NCBI GenBank assembly: GCA_951406725.2
Contig: OX597824.1
Location: forward strand, 79,422,001 to 79,486,000
Length of the DNA: 64,000 bases
Source: Octopus vulgaris
Taxonomy: Eukaryota
Direction of reading: 5' to 3'
Under the pieces are notes generated by a model. The model had not been told where the DNA came from, did not search any database, and saw nothing but the letters and a program-made list of their open reading frames with translations. Made by a program: the position numbers and the translations under genes. Of this stretch, positions 13,633 to 27,374 are shown in pieces. Each line of letters starts with the position of its first letter. Position 1 is the stretch's first letter.

Positions 13633-14768
13633 TTCAAACACACGCATGTGTATATATATATAAGACTGGGCAAAATATATATATATATATACAAATATAG
13701 AATGTAGGGATAGATAGACATGTTATATCCCTGTGGTGGTTAAATAAAATGTCCGCCAGAAGAAGCCGGTCATCCGTCATGTTGTGTGTTGGCAGAGAGA
13801 CGGATTCAACATTTGGCTTCCAATCGTAAAACAAAAACGTACACAATTCAATAATGAAGACACATCGAACCTCATCGTTTGACTTGCTAGAAATAGTACC
13901 GAAATTTTTAACCTCAATTCACACACACCCCGATGTGTGAATTTTTTGGAGGTTTTTTTTTTTAAATGTTCGAGACATATTGGATAAGATTAGTCTGAGA
14001 TATTATCATGTTTGAGGGAAAAAGACTGGATAGTCGTGGTTAGATTGCCTTTGATCATAGCTCTACTGGATCAGGCTGATCTGGGAGTAAACATCAACAA
14101 TAATTATCATCATCATCATCAACAACATAAGCCAAATAAGGGTGGGGAAATTCATTCTGTGAACACTTTATCTGCTTCAAAATAGCAGTCGAATCTCTTA
14201 AAATACATCCTAGTTTTTGAATAAAATATATAGCAATTAGACATATTGGATAATGTAGAATACGTCTAGGAAACAAATTGGGGGGAAAAAAAAGTGGTCG
14301 TCATGGTTGGAATACCGTTAATCCATTCATCGTCTGCTTCATCTTGACCAGGGGAAGGATATAATGGGGAGTAAACAAATAATCAAAGGAGAACAAGGGG
14401 GGGAAAAAAAGCATTTTAGGTCTGATAATTGATTGAAAAATATACATTTGAAGTATTTCTTTTACAATCTCCAATCTATTTTATACATTTAACAAAACAA
14501 ATAATGAAATCGTGTTCGAAATTTTTGGCTTAAAAAAACCTTTGACAATAAACAGCCAAGATCAACACAAACATCATGGCGGTTGCTCCAGCATGGCCAC
14601 AACCGTATGGTCAAAAACTATAGTAAAATATGGGAAATAATAAGCTTGATCTGATGTTTGTGTTAATTATTTTGTTTTGTCTTTATTTATATATTTACAT
14701 GATTTTAATTAAGAAAAAAAGACAGTTTATTATTATTATTATTATCCATAACGATTTCTGGTTTGAAT

Positions 14769-14836
14769 AATTCTAGGATATATATATATATATATATATA
14801 TATTCTAGGGTATATATATAATTAAATATAATTCTA

Positions 14837-14883
<47 letters not shown>

Positions 14884-14949
14884 TATAATTCTAGGATATA
14901 TATATATGCATATATATAATTCTAGGATATCTATATATATAATTCTAGG

Positions 14950-14984
<35 letters not shown>

Positions 14985-15090
14985 TATAGATATATATATA
15001 TAATTCTAGGATATATATATATATACACACACACACACACGAACTGTCTTATTTAAACAAAGCTGTAATACATTAATTCTAGGATATATT
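14769..15090. repeat. Minisatellite AATTCTAGGA(TA)n with variable TA spacer
   Basis: TTCTAGG recurs about seven times, plus a CTAGGATATCT variant, separated by (TA)n runs. Confidence 0.85.
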
Positions 15091-15199
15091 TTTTTACATT
15101 TATATTATAATTGCGACTCTGTAATTAATCTGGTCTTGAAAAGGTTTTTGTAAAGCCAAAGATTTCAAGGTTTATAATATCGATATAAGATCTTCTTAC

Positions 15200-15252
15200 C
15201 TTTTAAGTAGGTCCCGTTCCCGTGGTAAAGTAGCAAAATATATATATATATT

Positions 15253-15283
<31 letters not shown>

Positions 15284-15680
15284 TTACTGGTTGATTTGTA
15301 TATTATTATGTTGTTGTTATGTGGTTTAATAATAATAATAATAATAATAATACGACGAAGGATGTTGTTGTTTAATTATTGCTTAATTGGTTCTGTGATA
15401 TTTTTTTTACAACCAAAAAAAAATTGTTTTTTTTTGCCTATATGTAATTTCTTCTTAGATTTTTTTTTTTTTTCCTTAAAGTTTAAACAAATATGTTTTT
15501 TTTTTTTTTTCTTCTTCTTCACCTCTCTTAGAAATTTTTTTTTTTTTTTTCAAAAAATAAAAATATTCTCGCTCGGCAAGCCGGCAACGTAAAACTCAAC
15601 ACATGCTGGCCATGTTGTAATGCGCTGTTGAAGAAGATCTTACACTATTCACTGCGGACTTACGATCTTCTCGCTAATAA
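15200..15680 (-). promoter_or_regulatory. Candidate TSS / first exon of a minus-strand gene
   Basis: Strong donor AAAAG|gtaaga at 15200; CpG-containing unique block at 15565-15680 with a YY1-like AACATGGC on the minus strand, embedded in poly(dA:dT) tracts. Confidence 0.4.
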
Positions 15681-16343
15681 TTAATAAATTAATTAACCCC
15701 CACCCAAAAAAAAATAATAAATAAATAAATAAATAATAAATCAATAAAAAAAATATATCATCCTTACTTTCCCTCCAAAAGTAATGTTAAAAATATGAAA
15801 TATTTTTCTGCACACGCTTTTCTTAACAAAATCCAAGCATATTTTTGATATCGATCTTTCTCTTTAATTCCTATAAAGAAATAAAAATATAAAAAACACA
15901 AGATATTTTTACATATTTTCTTTCTTTTATTTTATCGTAACAAATTTCAGTCATATAATTTCGGCATCAATTTATCACTTTTACATATTTTTGTACATCT
16001 TAAATAAATTATAGATTCCCACCAAAAACAATATAAAATTTAAATATTTTCTAACACTTTACGTAACAAAATTCAATCATATATTTTAGCATCGGTTCTG
16101 TCTATATTTTAGTTTTTAAAGAATTTCAGTATTTCAGCAATAACACATAATAGAATTTTGGGTTGTTTGTTGTGTTATTTTTATCCAATCATTTCCATGC
16201 TTTACTTTAAGTGCTGAATTATGGTGTTTCATGTATGTATGTGTGTGCGTATGCGTATATGTATGTATGAATGTATGCATGTATGTATGTATGTGTGAAT
16301 ATGCGTATATGTATGTATGTGTGTGCATTTGCATATATGTATG

Positions 16344-16376
<33 letters not shown>

Positions 16377-16943
16377 ATATGTATAAATTTGTATATATAT
16401 ATATATATATACGTCTCTGTATTTATACACACACATATACATATATATTTACATACACGCAACACATATACATACATAATATACCAACAGGCATGCAGAA
16501 ACATGCACACATGCGTGTATATTTGTATGCGTGTATATTTGTACGCGTATATATATAGATAGAGAGATGCATAGATATAGATATCAAATAGCTTCATTCA
16601 GCGTGCTTTATATACGATCTGTCATTGTTCATAATTTTTTTTTTTTTTTGTGTGCATGACAGACAGGTTGTTGGAACAGCCAAAACATTATCACGTGACT
16701 CTCCAACATACGTTTAAACCCTTCTGTCTTCCTGTCTGGAGAATTTGCATAAAACAAGCACTTGCCATGTTTCTGATATTAGCACAAGGGTCACACGTTT
16801 TATGGGATAGAGGCAAAAGAATGTTTGGCTTAAATCGCACCCACAAATGATGAATAATAAACTCAATCTTAGCAGACCGTAAAGGGACATAACTAAATAT
16901 TTCAAGTCCTTGTATTCGATGTTTTACCCGATTGTATAAATTA

Positions 16944-17344
16944 CTAGCAGTATCGCCCGGCGTTGCTCGGGTTTGTAAGGGAAATAACTATATAAGCATT
17001 TTTAGAGAGTTATAGCCAAAAATTAGCAAAAAAAAATGCACTAAAAATGGAAAAAAAATTATGGTAAATTTTTTTTTAAATCGTTGACTCATTGTAGACA
17101 TTTTTAGAGAGTTACTTCCCTTATATAATAGCGAAAAAATGCATTAAAATGGAAAAAAATTATGGTAAATTTTTTTTTAAATCGTAGACTCATCGTAGAC
17201 GCGCGCTAATACCCCAGAAGGGCTCGATATGAATCACGACTATAAGATACCCGGTTTTGGTTAAACTGCACCGCAAAATGTGGGAGTAGTTAGGAATCTA
17301 AATCGTAGGAGACAGACACACAACTTGACTTTTATATATGAAGA
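16944..17344 (-). mobile_element. Complete non-autonomous Helitron
   Basis: Minus strand begins A|TCTTCATATATAAAAG and ends with hairpin CCCGAGCAACGCCGGG, then CGATACTG-CTAG|T: 5'-TC, 3'-CTAG, A/T target, no TSD. Contains an internal ~110-bp duplication. Confidence 0.85.
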
Positions 17345-17706
17345 TTTCCAACATAAGTACAATGCCTCATGTTTAGAGAGGGTAGATCATAGGCGAATTC
17401 TTAAACGGTAGTACTTCACTGATATTATATTTTAGCGTACCCAGGCGAACGTGAGTCTATCCGTCAACCCATTTGCTTGAATGTGAAATCACAATGTAAA
17501 GGGACGTAACTAAATATTTACAGGACATTTTTTTTGTTAATCTGCTTTAACGATTGACACAGCCAGTATAATGAAAATTTAAAATTTAACAAATGTGGTC
17601 CACAAATGTTGGTGCAACCGAGGCATTAATACATTTGTAACTTTGACGAAGTAATAATAATGTACATACGCAGTAGGACATGTATTATAAATGAGAAATA
17701 GGGCAA

Positions 17707-17737
<31 letters not shown>

Positions 17738-18169
17738 ATATATATATATATACATACATATATAAACGTTTTTTATATGCATCAGAGCATTCATTGCTTT
17801 GAAAACTCAATGCAAGTGTAGAGACTAATATATATTACATTATATTATTATTATTAATTACACGCCGGGAGAAATGCGTAGCCGTATTTCGTCCGCCGTT
17901 ACGTTCTGAGTTCAAATTCCGCCGAGGTCGACTTTGCCTCTCATCCTTTCGGGGTCGATAAATAAAGTACCAGTTACGCACTGCGGTCGATGTAATCGAC
18001 TTAATCCCTTTGTCTGTCCTTGTTTGTCCCCTCTGTGTTTAGCCCCTTGTGGGTAGTAAAGAAATTATTATTATTATTATTATTAGACAGAAAGAGAGAC
18101 AGGAAAAGATGAATAGCGATATTGATATATATCCATACATATGCACGTGTATATGTGCAGTTCGTGTGT

Positions 18170-18200
<31 letters not shown>

Positions 18201-19905
18201 CATTTCATACATACATACATACTTAGATAAGTCTCGGCCGAAGTTGGCCCAGGCCATGTCTAATTTAATAGCACCACCTGGAAGAGATACACAATCAGCA
18301 CTTGGGCACCACAGGACATTCGAGCCGAGAGTGATTGTTTTCAGAGACATTTCCGGGTGTGGGTGGTTCGTCTGGTATCTGTTGAAAGTAATCATCTAGG
18401 AACCGTTTAAATGCCGTGAAATCACTTTCCTCCTTTTTGTGGGCTGCCACGATGTTGAAGAGTGCAGGGTCAGTTAAGGTGGAATAGTTCTGTCGGCACG
18501 AACATGATTTCTGTAGTAGACGGATGGCACGGGGGCCAAGCCTCAGATGAATTTTAAAGATGATACCTATATCATTTGGGCAATGTTGATGGAATATTTT
18601 CCACATCATACGGATGATATAGTGCTCAAGGCGGCGGCGTAGGAGGGAGTAAAGCCTGAGCTTTTTGAGTTGATCCCCAATAGTCAAGGCTTGTCATGTC
18701 ATCTTTTTGTGTGTGTGATTGATCTCTGGGGAGCTTCAATTTTTCATAATATTCTGTATCGGTTGGGAGGAGGGCACAGCGGACAACAGTATTCAAGGTG
18801 AGGGCGAGCAAACGTAGAGAAAAGTAGAATAATGGTAGGGGCGTCTCTCGGCCGGAAAGTCCTGAGGCTCCAGGTGCACGCCCTGCGAGCCATGTCAACT
18901 TTGCTGTATATGTGAGCACTCCAGCTTATTTTGTTGTCAACAGTAACACCTAAGTCTCTAGTAGTGATGGATGACACGAAGGTTTCTCCCGAGGGAAGAG
19001 TGTATGGCTGTTGGAATGCAATCTCTTTACCGAAGTGGATTAGGTTGAATTTTTTCTCGTTTAGCTGCATATTATGTTTCTCAGCCCATTGAATAACAGC
19101 CAACAGATCAGATTAAAGATTTGTCTGGTCTTCAACCCTGTCAACAACCTTCAGTAACTTAAGAGTCATCACTGACGTCATCAAACACAGTAGCATGCAT
19201 ATTATGAAAAAGAGCAGGCCCAATACAGTGCCTTGTGGGACTCCACTTATAACCCTGGCTGAGGTCAATCAGATATCATCAATCACCACATGTTGAGTTC
19301 TGTTCATCAGAAAACATTTAATCCAATTTAACAGCCTTCCTTGGACTCGATGTTAGACAGTTTCTTCAGCAGGATGCAGTGATCAACCCTGTCAAAGGCT
19401 TTGTTAAAATCAAGGTATATGCATTTGAACCCTCTCCCATGGCCTTTAAGATGTCATTGAAATGATGCAAGAGCTGTATTTAGCAGTCCCTTCTATTGTG
19501 GAAGCCATGTTGGTTGGGAATAATCAGGCTGTTAGATTTCAAGAAGTGAGTTACTCGAGATTTCACCATTCTCTCAAATAATTTGATGATATGAGAGGTA
19601 AGTGAGAGCGGTCGGTAGTTCACAGTAAGTGAATTTTTGCCTTTCTTGAAAACTGGAGTAGTTGCCTGGGAAAAGAAATTTTCAGGGATATAGCTCGCAT
19701 CCATTGATTTTCATTAGAGAGTAGCTAAGGGGAGAATTAACTGGAGTTGGCACTTTTTCGGGACTCTAGCGGGGAACCTACCAGGGCCTGCAGCTGAGTT
19801 GTTCTTTATTTTGCTAATAGCTGCTATGATGTCCAAGGCGTCAAATGATATGTCAGAAAGGATGTGCTGTGGGTTTTTTTCATATATGTTGGCCAGGTTA
19901 ATAAT

Positions 19906-20292
19906 GGATGGAAGCACTCCGTCGGTTACAACGATGAGGGTTCCGGTTGATCCGAATCAACGGAACAGCCTGCTTGTGAAATTAACATGTAAGTGGCTGA
20001 GCACTCCACAGACACGTGTACCCTTAACGTAGTTCTCAGGGATATTCAGCGTGACACAAAGAGTGACAAGGCCGGCCCTTTGAAATACAGGTACAACAGA
20101 AACAGGAAGTAAGAGTGAGAGAAAGTTGTGGTGAAAGAGTACAGCAGGGATCACCACCATCCCCTGCCGGAGCCTCGTGGAGCTTTAGGTGTTTTCGCTC
20201 AATAAACACTCATAACGCCCGGTCTGGGAATCGAAACCGCGATCCTATGACCGCGAGTTCGCTGCCCTAACCACTGGGCCATTGCGCCTCCA
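19906..20292 (-). mobile_element. Full-length tRNA-derived SINE with 13-bp TSD
   Basis: TSD CCAGGTTAATAAT at 19893-19905 and 20293-20305. Head GGAGGCGCAATGGCCCAGTGGTTAGGGCA...GGTTTCGATTCC carries Pol III A and B boxes. Confidence 0.92.
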
Positions 20293-20619
20293 CCAGGTTA
20301 ATAATACTGGGATTGCTGAAAGCAGAGCAGTATTGTTTCTGCAGAATCTCGACCATGTCTTCTGCAGTACTATGGAGAGTGTTATCTTCGGCAATCAGTG
20401 GTCCAACAGATGAAATAGCCACATTGTTTTTTGGCGAATGAGAAGAAAACTTTGGGATTGAGTTTAATTTTCTCAATGGTCCACTTCTCCTCAGTTATTC
20501 TTTCATTGGTAATGACAGACTTCAAACAGTTTTGGAGATCAAATTTCTTCGATTCTAGTAGAGCTATGTCTGACAGATGGGAGTTATGCAGCTGCCAATA
20601 TTTTAGCTGGTTGATTTTT

Positions 20620-21071
20620 CTTATACTCTTACTCTTTTTTACTCTTTTACTTGTTTCAGTCATTTGACTGCGGCCATGCTGGAGCACCGCCTTTAGTCGA
20701 GCAAATCGACCCCGGGACATATTCTTTGTAAGCCCAGGACTTATTCTATCGGTCTCTTTTGCCGAACTGCTAAGTTACGGGGACGTAAACACACCAGCAT
20801 CGGTTGTCAAGCAATGCTAGGGGGACAAACACAGACACACAAACATATACACACACACTTATATATATACGGAAACTGAAAGAAGCCTGTTGTATATATA
20901 CATATATACAACAGGCTTCTTTCAGTTTCCGTCTACCAAATCCACTCACAAGGCATTGGTCGGCCCGGAGCTATAGCAGAAGACACTTGCCCAAGATGCC
21001 ACGCAGTGGGACTGAACCCGGAACCTTGTGGTTGGTTAGCAAGCTACTTACCACACAGCCACTCCTGCACC
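20620..21071 (-). mobile_element. tRNA-derived SINE with a CORE-like ACCTTGGGCAAGT box and an internal microsatellite
   Basis: Head GCAGGAGTGGCTGTGTGGTAAG...GGGTTCAGTCCC; tail TGACTGAAACAAGTAAAAGAG. Other copies: ~24152-24575(+), 25427-25552(+), 30420-30545(-), 30579-30945(+), 32005-32895(-), 58154-58390(+), 59548-59955(+), 61568-61965(-). Confidence 0.9.
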
Positions 21072-22779
21072 TATGAGCGACTTTTTATTTTTTTTAGGCA
21101 GCCTGCATTTTGTTTTGTCCATGGACTGTAGTGGAGTATAGCATGAACATGTTTGTGACAGTGTCCACGAGTAACTGCCATGACGAGGCAATGCCACTTG
21201 AAGAGAGAGAATCTGTGAAAGACCAATCAAGGAGTGAAAAACCTTGGGTGATTTCCTTCCAGTTAGCCTTGTGGAGATCCAAGAGATCAAAAGGGTGCAC
21301 TGGTGTGTGATAGTCAGCTTTTTCACAAGGCTGCCGAAACCTCAGGCTACAAAGAACCATATTGAGGTCTGAGAGAAGAGTTTTCTCCATTGCAATATCA
21401 TGAATACTGTTTGTATGGTTACTTAACACTAAGTCCAGGGTGTTTTTGTTGAATCTCGTAGGTACGAACACAAGTTGAGACAGGAAGAATTTGTCCATGA
21501 ATTTAAAAGCCAGCAACTTTTAGATGGTCGTGGTGGGTTTTAGAAGATTACACTGACTCCAGAATTTAACTGGTACTTTATTTTATTGCTTCCTTAAGGC
21601 AGATTTGACTTTGGTGAGACTTGAACGCAAAACATAAAGAATCAGAAGAAATTTTGCAAAACATTTTTTGTCTGATGTGCTATAACCCATGGGTTAATTG
21701 CCAGTGGTGTAACCAGCCCACTTATGCATACCTTTCCTTCATTGGACCTTGCGAAGACCTGTTGAGGCAAGTGAAATCGAAATCAAATTTGATGACAGCA
21801 CCGCATGACTGGCATCCATGCTAATGGAGCGCTAAGAGCACCATCCGAGCATAATCATTACCAGGGCTGCTGACTGGCTCCCATGCAGGTGGCACATAAA
21901 AAGCACTATTCGAGTTTGATTGTTATCAGCGTTTCCTTGCTGGCACTTGTGCCAGTGGCACATGAAAAGCAACATTCAAGCGAGGTCATTGCCAGTCCCA
22001 CTGGACTGGCTCCTGTGCAGGTGGCACAAAAAAAACACCATTTGAGCGTGGCCTTTGCCAGTACTGCCTGACTGGCCCTTGTGCCAGTGGCACGTAAAGG
22101 CACCCACTACACTCTCAGAGTGGTTGACATTAGGAAGGGAATCCAGCTGTAGAAACTCTACCAGATCAGATTGGAACCTGGTGCAGCCATCTGGCTTATG
22201 AATTCGTCAAACCATCTAACCCATGCCAGCATAGAAAGTGGACAGAGTGCTGAAATCTTCCCATCTAATAGCTTGGTTGAATTTTCTAGAAGTCCCATGA
22301 AGTGTTATAAAAACAGGGATTTTGAATTCCCAGATGAAACAACTTATGGTGCTATACAGAACTATACCACTTATTGCCAATGATGAATGTTCTCACTTTT
22401 TCTACTTGGTTTGCCTAGAATGATCTGACGTTCTGATACTTGAAGCTATGTCAGTCCACTTAGTGATAAAGATGTACTATTTCTTTCTGCTTTATTTATT
22501 CTCAATAATTATGAACTGTCTTTTTATTCCTATTTAGGCTATATTGCAATGAAAACTTGAACTTATTTCATTTGATATATTTTGAATGCTGTTCAGTTTA
22601 TTCATCTAGTGTATATATGTCAATGCAAAAGTCACTGGTTAGTAAAAAAAATATGGAAATGTATAAATATTAGTGTAGTCATTATAAATGCAAGACACAG
22701 CCAACCAAATGCTGTCCTTCATCAATAATTATTTAACAATTCTAATACCACACTGAAGGTGTCTTGCTGTGAAACAAAG

Positions 22780-23761
22780 GACTACGTCTCCAAGATTCAG
22801 ATTTTCTTAACGTTGTCTGTTAAATGGAAATTGCTCCTAAATTACCCTGTCTCTTGGCCTCTATAGGATCTTACAGGTAAGTTTCCATGATTCACAGCTC
22901 AGAAAAACTGTGTTTATAGGCATCACTGCAGAAATTTGGATGGTTCGAAGAAAACATTCATTGCATATTACTCAGTATTTTTCACCCCTACAACTGCAAC
23001 ACTCTGCCTTCAGATCATCCAAGTTTAGCTGATAAATCTCTGCCATGAATTTTGATATTTTTAATATTGAGAAGTTGGTCACATTGGGGATTAAGATTAG
23101 AAAGACTCTTCAGACTATGTCTCCGAGATTCAGATTTTCTTAACGTTATCTGTTAAATGGCAATTGCTCCTAAATTACCCTGTCTCTTGATCACTATAGG
23201 ATCTTACAGGTAAGTTTCCATGATTCACAGCTCAGAAAAACTGTGTTCACAGCCCACAATTTACAGGCATCACTGCAGAAATTTGGATGGTTCTGTGGTG
23301 TTAGCGGTGTTATGGGCTGTGATGAGCTATGTGGTGTTGGTGGAGAGGATGACAGATGAGGTGGGCAGAAGTAAAGCTTGCAGGGGCCGGCGGAAGAGTG
23401 AAAGGCACATGCGTGGGCAGGAAGCACGTGTGGTCAGCAAGCATGTGTGGTCAGTTCCAGCAAAGTGGGCAGAGCGACAAGACATGTTGAATTCGTGAGA
23501 GAGACCGCTGATTTCACCGAGGTAAGGCCTTTTGTATTTCTTTCTCCCATTGCTTCTTTTTCTGTTGTCCTTTTCCTCCATCACACTACAGGTTCAAAGA
23601 AAGCATTCACTGCATATTACTCAGTGTCTTTCACCCCTAGAACTGCAACACTCTGCCTTCGGATCATTCAAGTTCAGCTGATAAACCTCTGCCATGAATT
23701 TTGATATTTTCAATATTGAGAAGTTGGTCACTTTGGGGATTAAGATTTGAAAGACTCTTCA
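22780..23761. repeat. ~333-bp tandem duplication; the second copy is interrupted by a solo LTR
   Basis: Copy 1 is 22780-23112 and copy 2 is 23113-23761, both GACTAYGTCTCC...GAAAGACTCTTCA. Confidence 0.92.
23294..23590. mobile_element. Solo LTR (297 bp)
   Basis: TG...CA termini (TGTGGTGTTA / TCACACTACA); 5-bp TSD GGTTC at 23289-23293 and 23591-23595. The empty site (single GGTTC) is present in the adjacent duplicate. Confidence 0.9.
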
Positions 23762-24312
23762 TAAAGTTATAGCTTTCTGTTAAAAAATGACATTGGGCTT
23801 CTAAGTTATTCTAATCCAGTGAAGATTGGTAAAAACTATTTCCACTACTTATTGGCCAACTTCCATCAATTTCACTGTCTGCTTCATTTTCCAAGGATTG
23901 TCGTAATTTGCTTCACTGTTTTGACTTCTCTGAAACCAGCTGGAAGTCCTTAATGAATTCAGTGGCCTACTACTTGATCACACATCACATATTTTCATGG
24001 TATAACATTTCATTCAACATCAATATCCTTAAGTGGATATGAATTTGCTTGCTACATTCATCATATTCAGTAGATTACAGTCATCATATACTGTGCAAAT
24101 GATTACAATAGTCTTGTTAGAGGTTCAATTCCCAGCAGACCATGTTCTGCATAGGAGTGGCTGTGTGGTAAGTAGCTTGCTTACCAACCACATGGTTCCG
24201 GGTTCAATCCCACTGCGTGGCACCTTGGGCAAGTGTCTTCTACTATAGCCTCGGGCCGACTAAAGCCTTGTGAGTGGATTTGGTAGACGGAAACTGAAAG
24301 AAGCCCATTGTA

Positions 24313-24355
<43 letters not shown>

Positions 24356-26535
24356 GGGTGGGGGTGTATGTATGTGTGTGTGTGTGTGTGTATATGCTTG
24401 TGTGTCTGTGTCTGTCCCCCCAACATCGCTTGACAACCGATGCTGGTGTGTTTGTGTCCCAGTAACTTAGCGGTTCGGCAAAAGAGACCGATAGAATATG
24501 TACTAGGCTTACAAAGAATAAGTCCTGGGGTCGATTTGCTCGACTAAAAAGGCGGTACTCCAGCATGGCCACACCCAAACATTGTAGACTGTTCCATAAT
24601 TTCTTTTAGAAGTGAAAATTAAATCCCTGCTAAGTTTTGTTAAATGTGAGAGTGGCTCCTGAAGGAATGAGAACAATAATCAAAGAGCAGTGCTTGGGCT
24701 CCAGCATATTCAACGTACTAACCAAACACATGAGATTATATACAGCAGAAAAGAACAGACGACAAAGAACATGAAACATGACCAGTACACAAAGAAGTAT
24801 CTTTTATATTTAACTTGTTTCACTGTAAACATGCCGTAGCACTGCCTTGAAGAGTTTAGTTGAACAATATGACTCCAGTAAATATTTTTTTAAACATTGA
24901 TCTGGCCCTTGTGCCGGTGGCACATAAAGCATCCACTACACTCTCGGAGTGGTTGGCATTAGAAAGAGCATCCAGCTGTAGAAACTCTGCCAGATCAGAT
25001 TGGAGTCTGGTGCAGCCATCTGATTCACTAGACCTCAGTCAAATCGTCCAACCCGTGCTAGCATGGAAAGGGGACGTTAAACGATGATGATGATGATGAT
25101 GAGATCACTTTTAGCAAATTCCTAAGTTACAGACAAGTAAACTAAACCAACACTGGTTTTCAAGTGCTGGGTGGGTGAGAGTCAAGCATAAACACACATA
25201 CACACACATATATGTATATGGGATTCCACACAGTTTCCGGCTACCAAATTCACTTACAAGACATTGGTTGGCCTGGGGCTAGAGTAAAAGACACTTGCCC
25301 AAGGTGCTGTACAGTGGAGCTGAACAAAAACCATGTGGTTGCAAAGCCAGTTTCTTAATCACATAGCATGCTTGTGTTAGAGATAGCAATGAGGCAAAAC
25401 TTAAGTTTCTTTTATTTACCTTCAAACAGGAGTGGCTGTGTGGTAAGTAATTTGCTTACCAACCACATGGTTCTGGGTTCAGTCCCACTGCATGGCACCT
25501 TGGGCAAGTGTCTTCTACTATAGCCTTGGACCAACCAAAGCCTTGTGAGTGGATGAAAGGCAAAGCTGACCTCAGCGGGATTTGAACTCAGAACATAAAG
25601 ACACAAAATACTGCTAAGCATTTCGCCTGGCATGCTAATGTTTCTGCCAGCTTGTCACCTTCAGTATAACAAAAATATTGCAAACATTCTGTTTTTATTT
25701 TCAAAATGACAATAGTTGATGACACTTTTGAACACTTTATCGTCACCTCAGAAAAGTTCAAACAGGAGATCAGATCAGAACAAAAGACATTTATTCTTCT
25801 TAAAGTTTACGTTTATAAACTTAGCAACAGTTTCACTTGGATGCACAGATCAGAATCCAATGATATAACCGAATTGTAGATAAGCCTTCAATTTTTCTGA
25901 AGATATTAACAGAACATTCAGAACACAATGTGAGAAGAGTAAAATTTGAATAGCAGTTCTAACAGTGTCAAATTTTGGAGAGCTAGTATTTTACCCAAAT
26001 AACTGACCACTGTAATCTTTCAAGGAGTCTTTCATTGACGATTTTCACTCAAGTTTTTGATACACTGCAACGCCTCCTCTTCCATACGCCAATGGTAGTA
26101 AATCAAAGGAAAGCAAAAAGAAATTGAGATAATGTAAATTAGAATGATAAAGGAGAGCAAGCTTAACTCACTGAGAAAGTGGCAAGATGGCAACCATATT
26201 TGTTTACAATGTGGAGAATCCTCATATTAATTAGATTATAAAAGGATGACATTGATATTCTGCAGGCTAATATCCATGAAAAATGAGAAGTTTGCAGACA
26301 AGGAAGCAAAATAAGTACATGTTGATAATAACAATGGCAAATATATTATGCAACAAGCTGGAGAAAACGTGCAATCAGATTCACATTCTCTCAAACATGC
26401 ATACACATATACATATACATTGTCATATCAAACACTGAATCATTGAAAATAATGGAAGTATCTCATGCTAGAGAAGTTTATATTTTTGAAATTTATAAAT
26501 TTTCAATCCTGAACTGAAAGAGATTTTATATATAT

Positions 26536-27055
26536 AGGTTGCCTCTAAGGCCCTTCGATTCTAATCCTTGCTTCCACACCTGAAACTTCTCCTCTAGTCC
26601 TGATAGGGACTCAGCAATTAGAGCAAGGTCATCAGCATAGAGGAGCTCCCAGGGGCATCCTGTCTTGAATTCCTCAATTGCCCAGAGGACTATGATAAAT
26701 AGGAGGGGGCTGAGGACCAAACCTTGGTGGGCTCCTACTTCTACCCCAAATTCTTCACTGTACTCGTTGCCAATCATCACCTTACTGACAGCGACCCTGT
26801 ACATGGCTCGCACAGCTCTCACTAACCATTCTTCTATTCCTTGTTTCCTCATTGACCACCAGATAAGGGATTGGGGGAACCCTGTTAAAGGCTTTCTCCA
26901 TGTCAATGAAAGCCAGATACAGAGGTTTATCTTTGGCTAGGTATTTCTCCTGCAGCTGTCTAACCACAAATATAGTATTGGTGGTGCTTTTCCCTGGCAC
27001 AAACCCAAACTGCATCTCATCTAAACTGACTCTCTCCCTAATTAGTTGGGCTATG

Positions 27056-27060
<5 letters not shown>
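26536..27060 (-). pseudogene. RTE-clade LINE reverse transcriptase fragment
   Basis: DEMQFGFVPGKSTT, AFIDMEKAFNRVP, HQGLVLSPLLF and LLYADDLAL; bounded by (TA)n on both sides. Confidence 0.9.
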
Positions 27061-27103
<43 letters not shown>

Positions 27104-27374
27104 TGCGCACACACATATTTCTGTCTCACAAAATTTTTCATTCCTATATATTGTTTATACATACATACATACATACATATATATATATATATGTATATAA
27201 TAATAAATATTAGGGAATGAATCCAAAATTACAGGGAAAAATCAGATTTAGGGTTAAATCCAATTTTATAGTAAAATATTATATAATATAATTCGAGACA
27301 AAACCACTATTTTAAAACCAAACAAGGAAAGACTTAATCAATACATAAAATTTTAATATAAATTAAATAAACCG

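Larger units (their letters stand above)
18207..21520 (-). pseudogene. Decayed CR1-group LINE ORF2 (endonuclease end plus reverse transcriptase) with two nested SINEs
   Basis: Frameshifted motifs VPTR..NTLDLVL, NYRPLSLTSHIIKLFE, PNQHGF, DFNKAFDRVDH, SGVPQGTVLG, RDLGVTVDNKISW and RPHLEYC. Confidence 0.9.
22650..24120 (-). pseudogene. Highly decayed hAT-like transposase C-terminal region
   Basis: Hand translation gives colinear fragments LLNMMNVASKF, FYQSSLD and MKSLSNLNPQSDQLLNIENIK that resemble ZMYM1-like hAT transposases; many stops and frameshifts. Confidence 0.4.

Noticed and set aside
20215-20292. tRNA gene
   Set aside because: A and B boxes are present, but this is the head of a TSD-flanked SINE with no complete acceptor stem.
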